Source: Smithella sp.
GTDB taxonomy: Bacteria > Desulfobacterota > Syntrophia > Syntrophales > Smithellaceae
Assembly (NCBI GenBank): GCA_018056685.1
Contig: JAGPFC010000004.1
Location: 96,646-160,645 of the forward strand
Reading direction: 5' to 3'
Length of the DNA: 64,000 nucleotides
Under the pieces are notes generated by a model. The model was not told where the DNA came from, ran no database searches, and was given only the letters and a program-made list of their open reading frames with translations. Below, piece by piece: positions 46,955 to 56,595 of this stretch (the first letter of the stretch is position 1; each line of letters opens with the position of its first letter). The translations under genes and the position numbers were made by a program.

Positions 46955-48613
46955 ATGAAAATAACGGGAGTTTCGCGTTTAAAATATCTGTATTTCATTC
47001 TGCCGCTCTTTTTGATCTCCTGTTGCTTCAATTTACCGGATATCCTGATCGATGCCTACGAATCCGTCGAAGTGAAGGACGTCGTTGACATACCTCAGGA
47101 TCACAAAGCCCACATCGCCGGTAACGCTGCCGAAAAAACTCCGCTTCCTGAAGACAATAAAGTTTCCGTAAAAGAAAAAGAAATTGTTCCGGAAAAAGTT
47201 GAGCTTCCGGCGGGAACTCAAACCAAGGTAATCGAAAAAGCGATTCCCGAAGAAAAAATTCAGACGACTGTAGAAGAAAAGGCGATTCCGGCGAAGGAAG
47301 CTCAAACCACCAGCAAGGGAAAATTTCTCCTTTCGGAAAAAAACCAGGCCACCATGAATGAAGATTACGACAGGACTTATTTCTCGGTGTGGCACAATCT
47401 TCTGCCTTTTCATTCGTCAGCCGAAAAGGTGTCTCTTATTTTTCAAAAATTTGCTGCCAGTCCCGGCTATGGCGAAAACAAGAAAAAACATTCTTCCGAC
47501 TGGATAAAAAAATTGCGGCAAAATGCCGCGCTGGAAAATTTCCCGAATACCCTCCGGCCGGCAATGACCATGAGAAGCACGAACCTGCGCATGCTGCCCA
47601 CGCAGGGACCGCATTTTTATCGGCCCGGCGGAGATATCAATGGCTGGCCGTTTGACAATCTGCAGATATCTTCCGTGGCTGCCAATACGCCGATTTTGAT
47701 CTGTCACCTCAGCGCTGATAAAACATGGGCGCTGGTGGAAACCAGTTTTGCCTTTGGCTGGATGCCGGCGGAGGATTACGCGCTGGTCAGCCCGGAGTTT
47801 ATGAAGATTTGGGAGTCCGGACGTTACGCTGTCGTCATTAAGGATAAATCCTCTGTTATTGACGAAAAGGGCCTTTTCAGTATCAGAACATCCATTGGAC
47901 AGATATTCCCTCTCGTGACGGAGAAACCGGAAAATCTGGAAATTCTGATTGCCGTGCCGGATGAGAATAATCAGGCCATCATCAAGCACAGCCAGGCTTC
48001 CCGTCAGGTGGTTGATATCAAGCCCTTGTCCTTTACCCGGACCAACGCGGTGAAAATTGCCAATGAGATGATAGACGAACCCTACGGCTGGGGTGGGCTT
48101 TACGGGAATCGGGATTGTTCCGCGATGACCAGAGATTTCTTTGCGCCTTTCGGTATCTGGCTGCCCAGACACTCCGAAGATCAGGTCAAAAACGTCGGCA
48201 CATACTTTGATCTTCAATACTATGCCCCGGAACAAAAAGAAAAAATCATTGTGGAACAAGGTGTTCCGTATTTAACGCTTCTCTGGCGCAAGGGACATAT
48301 CATGCTCTACATTGGAGAAGAAAACGGACGCGCGCTGATTTTTCACAATGCCTGGGGCGTCAGGACACGTGATTTTTGGGGCAATGAAGGCAGAAAGATT
48401 ATCGGCAAGGCTGTCATCACCACCTTGTCCCCCGGCGCGGAATTATATTTTGTTCCGAGGGAAAGCCTTTTATTGAACAATATTTCAGCAATGTCAGTCA
48501 TCGGACCGTTAAAACAAAATCAGGCGGCATCACAAAACGGCGGGTTTGCTCAAACAGTTCCGGAAACCGGCATCGGTGATCATTCAACGTACGCCTCGGA
48601 TTCCAATGAATAA
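46955..48613 (+). CDS. NlpC/P60-family cell-wall peptidase lipoprotein with SH3-like domains
   Basis: Lipobox LFLISC. Low-complexity repeats (EKAIPEEKIQTT / EEKAIPAKEAQTT). NlpC/P60 catalytic region GWGGLYGNRDCSAMTRDFF .. GHIMLYIGE .. HNAWG. Confidence 0.8.
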   Translation: MKITGVSRLKYLYFILPLFLISCCFNLPDILIDAYESVEVKDVVDIPQDHKAHIAGNAAEKTPLPEDNKVSVKEKEIVPEKVELPAGTQTKVIEKAIPEEKIQTTVEEKAIPAKEAQTTSKGKFLLSEKNQATMNEDYDRTYFSVWHNLLPFHSSAEKVSLIFQKFAASPGYGENKKKHSSDWIKKLRQNAALENFPNTLRPAMTMRSTNLRMLPTQGPHFYRPGGDINGWPFDNLQISSVAANTPILICHLSADKTWALVETSFAFGWMPAEDYALVSPEFMKIWESGRYAVVIKDKSSVIDEKGLFSIRTSIGQIFPLVTEKPENLEILIAVPDENNQAIIKHSQASRQVVDIKPLSFTRTNAVKIANEMIDEPYGWGGLYGNRDCSAMTRDFFAPFGIWLPRHSEDQVKNVGTYFDLQYYAPEQKEKIIVEQGVPYLTLLWRKGHIMLYIGEENGRALIFHNAWGVRTRDFWGNEGRKIIGKAVITTLSPGAELYFVPRESLLLNNISAMSVIGPLKQNQAASQNGGFAQTVPETGIGDHSTYASDSNE

Positions 48614-49382
48614 GTATAAAATTGTCCTTGAATATGATGGAACGAATTATCGCGGCTGGCAAAGTCAGAAAAACGCCCGTAGTGTTCAGGATACCCTGAT
48701 TGACGCGGCTGAGAAATTTCTGGGCACACCGGTAACAATTCAGGGCGCGGGAAGAACCGATGCCGGCGTGCACGCGCTCGGGCAAGTAGCTCATCTGGAA
48801 GCATCCAGAAAAATCCATCCGGATTCTCTGCGCATGGGGATCAACGACAACCTGCCAGCCAGTGTCAATATTCTCAAGGTGGAAAACGCATCCGCGTCTT
48901 TTCATGCCCGCCATCACGCCGTCAGCCGCAGCTACCTTTATTTAATTTCCAGAAGACGCACGGCTTTCGGCAAACGCTATGTCTGGTGGGTCAAAGACAA
49001 ACTCGACGCAGGCAAAATGAAACAGGCTCTTGACGTTTTTCAGGGCTTTCATGATTTTGCCTCTTTCGCTGATAAAAAAATGGACAAGGACACCTCCACA
49101 AAAGTCAACATCGAAGGGATATGGCTCAAGGAATTTGACGACATTATCGCTTTGCGCATTTTAGGATCGCATTTCCTCTGGAAGATGGTCAGGCGCATTG
49201 TGGGTGTGATCGTCGAAGTCGGTCGCGGCAACATCTCCCGGCATGATGTTGAAAAAATGCTCACGTCCTTTTCTGAATTGCCGGCGCACTTTACCGCTCC
49301 GCCTTCCGGCCTTTTTCTGGAGAAGGTTTTGTATGAGGGTGATCATCTGCCAGCGATGAAACCTCCAATCTGCCTGTTCTGA
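48606..49382 (+). CDS. truA: tRNA pseudouridine(38-40) synthase
   Basis: MNKYKIVLEYDGTNYRGWQSQ and catalytic GAGRTDAGVHA. The start ATG at 48606 overlaps the upstream stop (ATGAATAA). Confidence 0.92.
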   Translation: MNKYKIVLEYDGTNYRGWQSQKNARSVQDTLIDAAEKFLGTPVTIQGAGRTDAGVHALGQVAHLEASRKIHPDSLRMGINDNLPASVNILKVENASASFHARHHAVSRSYLYLISRRRTAFGKRYVWWVKDKLDAGKMKQALDVFQGFHDFASFADKKMDKDTSTKVNIEGIWLKEFDDIIALRILGSHFLWKMVRRIVGVIVEVGRGNISRHDVEKMLTSFSELPAHFTAPPSGLFLEKVLYEGDHLPAMKPPICLF

Positions 49383-49616
49383 ACAAAGTCTTTTTCTGAT
49401 TGGTAACCTCAGTATTTCCGGGCCATTAACAGTGTGCCGGATGTTTCAGATAATGACGCGGAAACTCTGCTTCAATCTTCAATAGATCATACCGATTCAT
49501 CCATTATCCTCGTTTTGTTGCAAAGAGTCACTTACGGATTTACTATCTTCGAATTGGTGTAAGGCCATGCAAATTTATTTTATTTTTATAGTTAGACTAT
49601 GAAATTAAAATAAAAC

Positions 49617-49645
49617 TTGACAGTGTGACTATGATTGTGTATCTT
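49617..49645 (+). promoter_or_regulatory. Sigma-70-like promoter for the TetR/abfD cluster
   Basis: TTGACA (49617-49622), 17-nt spacer, TATCTT (49640-49645). GAAGGAGAGG SD and the ATG at 49674 lie downstream. Confidence 0.4.
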
Positions 49646-49673
49646 GTAATCGACTCTGAAGAAGGAGAGGTTT

Positions 49674-50384
49674 ATGACGGATAAAATCAAACCGAAGAAC
49701 AGAAAAGACCGCATTATGGAGGCCGCCCTGCGTATTTTTGCTGAAAAGGGTTTTCAGAACGCGACCATTACAGAAATCAGCAAGGAAGCAGGTGTTTCAG
49801 AAGCCACAGTTTATGAATACTTCGGCACCAAGGAAGACCTGCTCTTCGCCATTCCCGAAAAAATAACCAACGAGACGCTGGAAGAATCATCAAGAGTTAT
49901 TCCGTATATCAAAGGCGTGGAAGAAAAGATCAGGGCGATTCTGCTTTTTTATGTGCAGCTTTATCAATCCAATCCCAACTACTCCGCTTTGGTCCTGCTG
50001 CAGCTCATGTCCAACAAACGATTCCGAGAAACACCCGCTCATGCCGCCATACGTAAATCGTCACATGCTCTTCTGGATTGCATCAAGGCGGGCATTGAAG
50101 ACGGCACGTTCAAGAAAGATTCCAACCCGTATCTGATTCGCTCGATGCTGATGGGCACGATCGAACATTTATTCATTCACTGGCACATGCAGGGCATGCC
50201 CAAACGAAAGCCCGGTCTCGCCGACATGCTCGATCCTTTCATTGAAATCGTTTTTGACGGCATCCGCGCCAAAAAAGAAGATTCCGGCACCACACTTTAC
50301 CTGAAGCTGGAAGATGCCGGCATTCTGGAAAAAATTTTAAAAGGAAAAGAGGGAGGAAAATCCTCAAAGGATAAAAACAAATAA
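49674..50384 (+). CDS. TetR/AcrR-family transcriptional regulator
   Basis: HTH RIMEAALRIFAEKGFQNATITEISKEAGVSEATVYEYFGTKEDLL. Confidence 0.88.
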   Translation: MTDKIKPKNRKDRIMEAALRIFAEKGFQNATITEISKEAGVSEATVYEYFGTKEDLLFAIPEKITNETLEESSRVIPYIKGVEEKIRAILLFYVQLYQSNPNYSALVLLQLMSNKRFRETPAHAAIRKSSHALLDCIKAGIEDGTFKKDSNPYLIRSMLMGTIEHLFIHWHMQGMPKRKPGLADMLDPFIEIVFDGIRAKKEDSGTTLYLKLEDAGILEKILKGKEGGKSSKDKNK

Positions 50385-50408
50385 CTATTTTCCAACAAAC
50401 AAAGAGGT

Positions 50409-51878
50409 ATGACCATGAGAACAAAGGAACAATACATTGAAGGACTCCGGAAGATGCGGAGGAACATCTATCATGACGGGCACCTGATGGACCGGGACGA
50501 CGAGATCCAGGAACCGGTGCTCAACGTGATGGGACTGACCTTTGACGCTGTCAACGATCCGGAACTGAAGGATTTATGCACCGCCAAATCCCATCTGACA
50601 GGTGAGACCATTAACCGCTTCTGCCATGTCCATCAGAGTACGGACGATCTGCATAAAAAACAGGATATGACCCGGGCTTTATGCCGGAAGGCCGGAATGT
50701 GCATTCAGCGCTGCATGGGGACCGATGCCCTCAATGCCGTCAACGCCGCCTCGTTCGAGGCTGATAAGGTCAACAAGGGCAATACGGAATACCACAAGAA
50801 TTTCCTCAAATGGCTCGAACGATTTCAGAAAGAAGACCTCGTGGGAAGCTGCGCCCAGACCGACATGAAGGGTGAACGCCTGAAACGCCCCGCGGAACAG
50901 ACGGACCCGGATATGTACGTCCACGTCGTTGAGAAGAAGAGTGACGGCATCGTCGTCCGGGGCTGCAAGCTCCACATCTCCGAGGCGTCGATCTCCGATG
51001 AAATCATGGTGGTGCCCACACGCGCCCTAGGGCCCGATGAAAAAGATTACGCCGTGGCCTTTGCTGTTCCCTCCGATTATGAAGGAGTCAAACAGGTCGT
51101 CTCCATCCACAGTCAATACAAGCGGAAACACTTCATGCGCGGCATGAACATCGGCTACTCCGATTCCTACATCATTTTTGAGGATTGTTTCGTTCCCTGG
51201 GAACGCGTCTTCCTTTGCGGTGAAAACGATCACGGCGGTATGTGCGCGCTGCTGTTCGCCCTGTTTCATCGCCACAGCTATTCGGGATGCAAGCCCGCCA
51301 TCGGAGATGTTTTCCTCGGCCTGGCAGCTCTGGCGGCGGAGTACAACGGCATCGAGAAGACGCCTCATGTGAAAGAGATGCTGGCGGAGATCATCAAGGT
51401 GTCTGAACTGGGTTATGCCGCAGGATATACGGCCTCCAGTATGGGCAAGCCCGAGGTCATCATTCCCGGCCTCGGCATGTGTCCCTACGGTCCAGGAAGC
51501 TACATCCCCAATTCCATCTACTGCAACGTCGGCCGTTGCCTGACGGGAGAAGCTGTCTTCCATGAGCAGGAGCTTATCTGCCGCATCGCCGGCGGCATAC
51601 CGTCCACCTTCCCCTATGAGGGCGACCTCACGCATCCCGACCTGAAGGCGGTCCTGGAAAAGTATCTTAACCGGAATCCCAAGGTTCCGGTGAAAGATCA
51701 AATCAAGTTCTGGATGACGCTGGGCGACTATACGATCGGCACGATGGCCGGTGTCATGAACTATGGAAACTACCACGGCGGCGGATCGCCCATCATGGAG
51801 CAGATTGCCATAACGTCCCAGTATGATATCAAGGACAGAAAAAAACTCATTAAACGTCTGGCGGGGATCAGCAGTTGA
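50409..51878 (+). CDS. abfD: 4-hydroxybutyryl-CoA dehydratase / vinylacetyl-CoA isomerase family protein
   Basis: 489 aa of the 4-HPA hydroxylase/AbfD fold. The Cys-x3-Cys (MCIQRCMGTDA) and His..Cys (FHRHSYSGCKP) positions match the [4Fe-4S] ligands of clostridial AbfD. Confidence 0.7.
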   Translation: MTMRTKEQYIEGLRKMRRNIYHDGHLMDRDDEIQEPVLNVMGLTFDAVNDPELKDLCTAKSHLTGETINRFCHVHQSTDDLHKKQDMTRALCRKAGMCIQRCMGTDALNAVNAASFEADKVNKGNTEYHKNFLKWLERFQKEDLVGSCAQTDMKGERLKRPAEQTDPDMYVHVVEKKSDGIVVRGCKLHISEASISDEIMVVPTRALGPDEKDYAVAFAVPSDYEGVKQVVSIHSQYKRKHFMRGMNIGYSDSYIIFEDCFVPWERVFLCGENDHGGMCALLFALFHRHSYSGCKPAIGDVFLGLAALAAEYNGIEKTPHVKEMLAEIIKVSELGYAAGYTASSMGKPEVIIPGLGMCPYGPGSYIPNSIYCNVGRCLTGEAVFHEQELICRIAGGIPSTFPYEGDLTHPDLKAVLEKYLNRNPKVPVKDQIKFWMTLGDYTIGTMAGVMNYGNYHGGGSPIMEQIAITSQYDIKDRKKLIKRLAGISS

Positions 51879-51990
51879 GGTAGAGACGCTTTATGATTTT
51901 ACTGGTAAGAAAAACAATATTGTAATAGACATTATTCGCCCCCTCGCCAACAAAAGAGGTGGCGTTATATCCATCAAGGAGAATTAAAAT

Positions 51991-52791
51991 ATGTTCGACA
52001 TATCACGGTTTTCATTAAAAGATAAAGTGGCGGTTATTACCGGCGGCGGCCGCGGCATCGGTCAGGCCATCGCGTTTGCTTTCGCCAAGGCCGGAGCCAA
52101 AGTTGTTGTGACCAGCCGCAAGGCACAGGATCTGGAAGCGACGGCCAACGAAATCAAAGCCTTCGGCGGCGAAGCCTATCCACTGCCTGCTCATCTGGGC
52201 AAATCGGAAGAAATTAAAAAAATGATTGATGCGGTCATCGCTAAATACGGCCGGATTGACATTCTCGTCAACAATGCCGGCGCCAGTCCCGCAAAAGGTT
52301 CCGTCCTCGAATGTGACGAACGCCTTTGGGACAAACTGATGGATATCAACCTGAAAGGCGCTTATTTTATCAGCCAGGCGGCGGCCAACCTTATGGTCAA
52401 GCAGGGCGGCGGCAAAATCATCAATATCGCCTCCATAGACGGCCATAATCCGGAACCGGGTCTGAGCATCTACGCTATTTCCAAGGCCGGAATCAGAATG
52501 ATGACCAGAGCTTTCGCCAGCGAACTTGTCCGTTACAACATTCAGGTCAACACCATCGCTCCGGGACCCATCGCCACCAAGATGTTGAAATCCAACTGGG
52601 AATTTCTCCCGCCGGAAGACGCTCAGAAAGTGAAAGAAATGGTGGAGAAGGCTCTGCCCTCCGGCCGAATCGGTGATCCTGATGAAATAGCCGGCGCAGC
52701 GCTTTACCTGGCATCCGATGCTTCCAGTTACACCACCGGCGCGGAAATTGTGATCGACGGCGGCGTGCTGCTGGGCATTCACCCATCCTGA
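51991..52791 (+). CDS. SDR-family oxidoreductase
   Basis: TGGGRGIG, NNAG, and catalytic YAISKAG. Confidence 0.88.
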   Translation: MFDISRFSLKDKVAVITGGGRGIGQAIAFAFAKAGAKVVVTSRKAQDLEATANEIKAFGGEAYPLPAHLGKSEEIKKMIDAVIAKYGRIDILVNNAGASPAKGSVLECDERLWDKLMDINLKGAYFISQAAANLMVKQGGGKIINIASIDGHNPEPGLSIYAISKAGIRMMTRAFASELVRYNIQVNTIAPGPIATKMLKSNWEFLPPEDAQKVKEMVEKALPSGRIGDPDEIAGAALYLASDASSYTTGAEIVIDGGVLLGIHPS

Positions 52792-52805
52792 CAGGAGAAG
52801 ATGGT

Positions 52806-53345
52806 ATGATCAGTCGTAACGCCGCTGTGCTGGTGATCATCGATATTCAGGGCAATCTGGCTCAAGCCATGTTTGACAAGGAAAATCTGTTTGCCAATAC
52901 CGTGAAATTGATCAAAGGCTTTAAGGCTTTGAATCTGCCGGTTATTGTTACTGAGCAGATTCCGGCAAAACTGGGGAAAACTCTTTCGCAAATAGCGGAT
53001 GAAATTGAAAGCTTCCATCCGATTGCCAAGGATTCCTTCAGTTGCTGGGATGAGCATAACTTCAGAGAAAAACTGGAAAGCTTAAGTCGCAGACACGTCG
53101 TGCTGTTGGGCATCGAAACCCATGTTTGTGTTTACCAGACGGCGCTTGATCTCATTGATAACGGATACAATGTCTATCTGGTTGCCGATGCGGTTTCTTC
53201 GCGCACGCCGGAAAACCGTCAGATTGGAATTGATGCGATGAAAAACGCCGGGGCGCATATCACCAGCACGGAAATGGTTTTGTTTGAGCTTTTGCGCACC
53301 GCCGCCGATCCCAAAGCCAAAGAACTTTTTAAAATTGTCAAATAA
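52806..53345 (+). CDS. Isochorismatase-family cysteine hydrolase
   Basis: Catalytic-triad context VLVIIDIQ (Asp), K in LIKGFK, GIETHVCV (Cys). Confidence 0.8.
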   Translation: MISRNAAVLVIIDIQGNLAQAMFDKENLFANTVKLIKGFKALNLPVIVTEQIPAKLGKTLSQIADEIESFHPIAKDSFSCWDEHNFREKLESLSRRHVVLLGIETHVCVYQTALDLIDNGYNVYLVADAVSSRTPENRQIGIDAMKNAGAHITSTEMVLFELLRTAADPKAKELFKIVK

Positions 53346-53427
53346 TCTATCAACAAAGATTGAATTGAAAATCCATCCACTGATGGTTTATATTTTTAAT
53401 TTTATTGAATTTTGCTGGATTAGGTTT

Positions 53428-53503
53428 TGGTGGAGATGAGGGGGATCGAACCCCTGGCCTCGACATTGCGAACGTCGCGCTCTCCCAGCTGAGCTACATC
53501 CCC
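53428..53503 (-). tRNA. tRNA-Ala(CGC): tRNA-Ala, anticodon CGC
   Basis: Reverse complement: GGGGATGTAGCTCAGCTGGGAGAGCGCGACGTTCGCAATGTCGAGGCCAGGGGTTCGATCCCCCTCATCTCCACCA. Cloverleaf folds by hand. It has the G3:U70 alanine identity pair, anticodon loop TTCGCAA and an encoded CCA. Confidence 0.95.
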
Positions 53504-53601
53504 AATCCTGGAATTCTTTCTGCTAAAACGTGACGAAGCATATATTATTGGTTGTCTCTGTGTCAAGTTATTGTTCATTTGAAGGTGATTTGATAATATG
53601 A

Positions 53602-53631
53602 TTGACAAATCAAACAGGTTTTTTCTATACT
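53602..53631 (+). promoter_or_regulatory. Sigma-70-like promoter upstream of pilT
   Basis: TTGACA (53602-53607), 18-nt spacer, TATACT (53626-53631), about 125 nt before the pilT ATG. Confidence 0.4.
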
Positions 53632-53755
53632 GGCCGCAAATTCTATCTACTAAACAACACGAGATAAAAAAATTTTCAGATATATTAAACATTTTATTCT
53701 TTTCCGATAAAAAAAATGGTAGAAGAAACTCCATTCCCCAACAAGGAGCAGAAAC

Positions 53756-54838
53756 ATGGCAAAAATTGACGCGTTTTTTAATCTTATGCATGATCAGGGC
53801 GCATCGGATCTTCATCTTGTTGCCGGTCAGCAGCCGGCCATCAGAATCCGCGGTGATATTGAAAGAATCAAATATGATGTTCTCACGAATGATGCCTTAA
53901 AGGTTCTTCTTTATGAAATCACGCCTGAACATAAAATCAAACAGTTTGAAGAAACGGGTGACGTCGATTTTGCTTATGAAATTCCTTTGCTGGCGCGCTA
54001 CCGCGTCAATTTTTTCAGGCAGAAGTACGGTATGGCCGCGGTCTTTCGTGAAATTCCCGATAAAATTCAGACCTGCGCGCAACTGGGTCTTCCCAACGTC
54101 ATTGCCAAATTAGCGCAGCTTCCTCGCGGTCTTGTTTTGATTACCGGTCCCACGGGTAGCGGCAAATCCACAACACTGGCCGCCATTATTGACGAAGCCA
54201 ACCGCCTGCGCCGGGATCATATTATTACGATTGAAGACCCGATTGAATTTGTTCACAAGAGTCAGAATTGTATTGTGAATCACCGGGAAGTGGGAATTCA
54301 CACCAAGACTTTCGCCGCGGCCCTGAGAGGTGCCCTGCGAGAAGATCCGGACATCATTCTTGTCGGCGAAATGCGCGACCTGGAAACAATCTCGCTGGCG
54401 ATTGAAGCCGCCTCTACGGGCCATCTGGTCTTCTCCACCGTTCATACGACCAGCGCGCCGAAGACTGTGGATAGAGTGATTGAGGTTTTTCCGGCAGATC
54501 AGCAATTGCAGATCCGTTCCACTCTGGCCGATGGTTTGCGCGCCATTGTTTCGCAGGTTTTGTTTAAAAGAATTGACCAGAAAAGCCGCTGTGTCGCTTT
54601 GGAAATTTGCATCGCGACACCGGCCGTGCGTAATCTGATCCGCGAGTCGAAAACGTATCAGATCCCATCCATGATGCAAACCGGTAAGAAATACGGCATG
54701 CAGCTTCTGGACGATGCCATTATGGATCTGTATAACCGCGGCATGATCAGCGGCGATGATGCTTATATTAAAGCAAATGAAAAGTCCCGATTCCGTCCGC
54801 TTTTGAAACAGGCGCCAACAGATTTCACTGAAGCATAA
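53756..54838 (+). CDS. pilT: Type IV pilus retraction ATPase PilT
   Basis: MAKIDAFFNLMHDQGASDLHLVAGQQPAIRIRG, Walker A GPTGSGKST, Asp/His boxes (ITIEDPIEF, VFSTVHT), and the PilT AIRNLIRE-type motif (AVRNLIRE). Confidence 0.92.
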   Translation: MAKIDAFFNLMHDQGASDLHLVAGQQPAIRIRGDIERIKYDVLTNDALKVLLYEITPEHKIKQFEETGDVDFAYEIPLLARYRVNFFRQKYGMAAVFREIPDKIQTCAQLGLPNVIAKLAQLPRGLVLITGPTGSGKSTTLAAIIDEANRLRRDHIITIEDPIEFVHKSQNCIVNHREVGIHTKTFAAALRGALREDPDIILVGEMRDLETISLAIEAASTGHLVFSTVHTTSAPKTVDRVIEVFPADQQLQIRSTLADGLRAIVSQVLFKRIDQKSRCVALEICIATPAVRNLIRESKTYQIPSMMQTGKKYGMQLLDDAIMDLYNRGMISGDDAYIKANEKSRFRPLLKQAPTDFTEA

Positions 54839-54859
54839 ATGATTCAGAAAGGATAGCTT

Positions 54860-56041
54860 ATGAGAAAACCGGAGATTGATCATATTCTGACCAGAATGCT
54901 GGAATCCTATCCCAATATTTCTGATTTTATCATCACGGTGGGAAAGCCCTTTCAGGTGGATTCCGCCGGTCAGCTGGTTCCTGTTCAATTAAGGCCGCCT
55001 TTTGAAAAATTGACACCGTTTCAAACAGAAATTTTTGCGCTGAACCTGATCAATCAGGATCACCGTCTCATGCATACTCTTCTCAAGGAAGGATCCTGCG
55101 ATTTGTCTTATGAATTACCAGGAATAGCCCGTTTCCGCGTCAATATATTTTCGCAACTGGGTAACATCTCCATCGTTTTACGAAAACTGGAATCCATCGT
55201 GCCGTCTTGCGCGGAACTGGGGCTGCCCGAAGCTTATTATAAAATCGCCCGGGAGAAGAACGGAATTGTTTTAGTCACGGGAGCGACCGGTACAGGTAAA
55301 ACGACATCACTGGCTGCGGTAATCAATGAAATCAATGACAACAGTTCCGTGCACATTGTCACACTGGAAGACCCGGTTGAATATACGCATCCGCAGAAAA
55401 AATCCACCATCAATCAGCGTGAGTTGGGAAAAGATTTTGATACCTTTGTCAATGGCTTGCGCGCCGCCATGCGTCAGGCGCCCAAGGTCATTCTGGTCGG
55501 CGAAATGCGTGACCGGGAATCGGTGGAAATCGCTTTGAGTGCCGCGGAAACAGGCCATCTGGTTTTGAGCACGCTGCATACCGTTGATGCCGGACAGACG
55601 ATCAACCGTATTGTCGGTATGTTTCCCCGCGATGAAGAAAGCCAGATCCGTGTGCGCCTGGCCGATGCGATACGATGGATCTGCTGTCAGCGTTTATTGC
55701 CGAAAGTCGGTGGCGGACGCGTTGCCGCATTTGAAACGGTGAGCACCAGCCTCCGTGTGAAAGAAGTTATCCTCCACGGCGAATCGGAAGGCAAAACGTT
55801 TAATGACATTATCCTGCAGGGTAGGCCTTTCGGCATGATTACGTTCGATGATTGCATCATCGACCTCTTTGAGAAAGGTCTGATTACCGAAAGCACCGCC
55901 ATTGCTTTTGCCACCAACAGAGCTATTGTGAACCGGGGAGTGGATGCCATCAAAAAGGCACGCGGCGAGCAGACCTCTGTTATTGAAAATCTTGAAGTGG
56001 ATAAATCCTATGGCAGACAAAAACCCGAACCGTGGAGATAA
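54860..56041 (+). CDS. PilT/PilU-family type IV pilus ATPase (second paralogue)
   Basis: Walker A GATGTGKTT, VTLEDPVEY, LSTLHT. 393 aa with a C-terminal extension. Lacks the AIRNLIRE motif. Confidence 0.85.
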   Translation: MRKPEIDHILTRMLESYPNISDFIITVGKPFQVDSAGQLVPVQLRPPFEKLTPFQTEIFALNLINQDHRLMHTLLKEGSCDLSYELPGIARFRVNIFSQLGNISIVLRKLESIVPSCAELGLPEAYYKIAREKNGIVLVTGATGTGKTTSLAAVINEINDNSSVHIVTLEDPVEYTHPQKKSTINQRELGKDFDTFVNGLRAAMRQAPKVILVGEMRDRESVEIALSAAETGHLVLSTLHTVDAGQTINRIVGMFPRDEESQIRVRLADAIRWICCQRLLPKVGGGRVAAFETVSTSLRVKEVILHGESEGKTFNDIILQGRPFGMITFDDCIIDLFEKGLITESTAIAFATNRAIVNRGVDAIKKARGEQTSVIENLEVDKSYGRQKPEPWR

Positions 56042-56080
56042 GGATTGATTCAATAATATAAAAACGATCAGGAATTTTAT

Positions 56081-56593
56081 ATGAATGAAGAAAAATTGGA
56101 GCCAGATTTTATAGATGAAGAGCTGGACTATTCCGGACGTCCCTTTGATTATCGGGACATGGATAGCAGCACCTGTATGATTTGCGAACAGGATCCCGCC
56201 ATCAAACAGAAGCTTAGGGAAAATCTGAAAACGCTCAATTATAATGTCGTTGAGCCGAACACGTATAAAGAAGCTCATAAATTCACCACGTTCCAGACTT
56301 TTAATGTGATTGTCGTCGATGAAGCTTTTGACCTTGGTAAAGACGGTGTCAACCAAATGCTCCAATACCTGGCAGGATTGGATATGTCCATCAGGCGCCA
56401 GATTTTTGTTGTTCTGGTGAGTTCCACGTTTGCGACATTGGATTATATGAACACGTTAAATAAAAGCGTCAACCTGATTATCAACAAAGAAGAAATTTCT
56501 GAAATCGGAATGATTCTGAAAAGAGAAATGGAAGAAAACGAGTATTTCTACCATGTTTTCAAGGATTTTCAACGCAAATTGGGGAAATCGTAA
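56081..56593 (+). CDS. Divergent CheY-like receiver-fold protein
   Basis: 170 aa. Beta-alpha repeats with an acidic pocket candidate (CEQD), FNVIVVDEAFD (phospho-Asp position), IFVVLVSS (Thr/Ser position) and NLIINK (Lys position). The assignment is by pattern only. Confidence 0.5.
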   Translation: MNEEKLEPDFIDEELDYSGRPFDYRDMDSSTCMICEQDPAIKQKLRENLKTLNYNVVEPNTYKEAHKFTTFQTFNVIVVDEAFDLGKDGVNQMLQYLAGLDMSIRRQIFVVLVSSTFATLDYMNTLNKSVNLIINKEEISEIGMILKREMEENEYFYHVFKDFQRKLGKS

Positions 56594-56595
56594 TT

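Noticed and set aside
53420-53815. 131-aa minus-strand ORF
   Set aside because: It runs through the tRNA-Ala gene and the pilT promoter and start region. It is an artefact.
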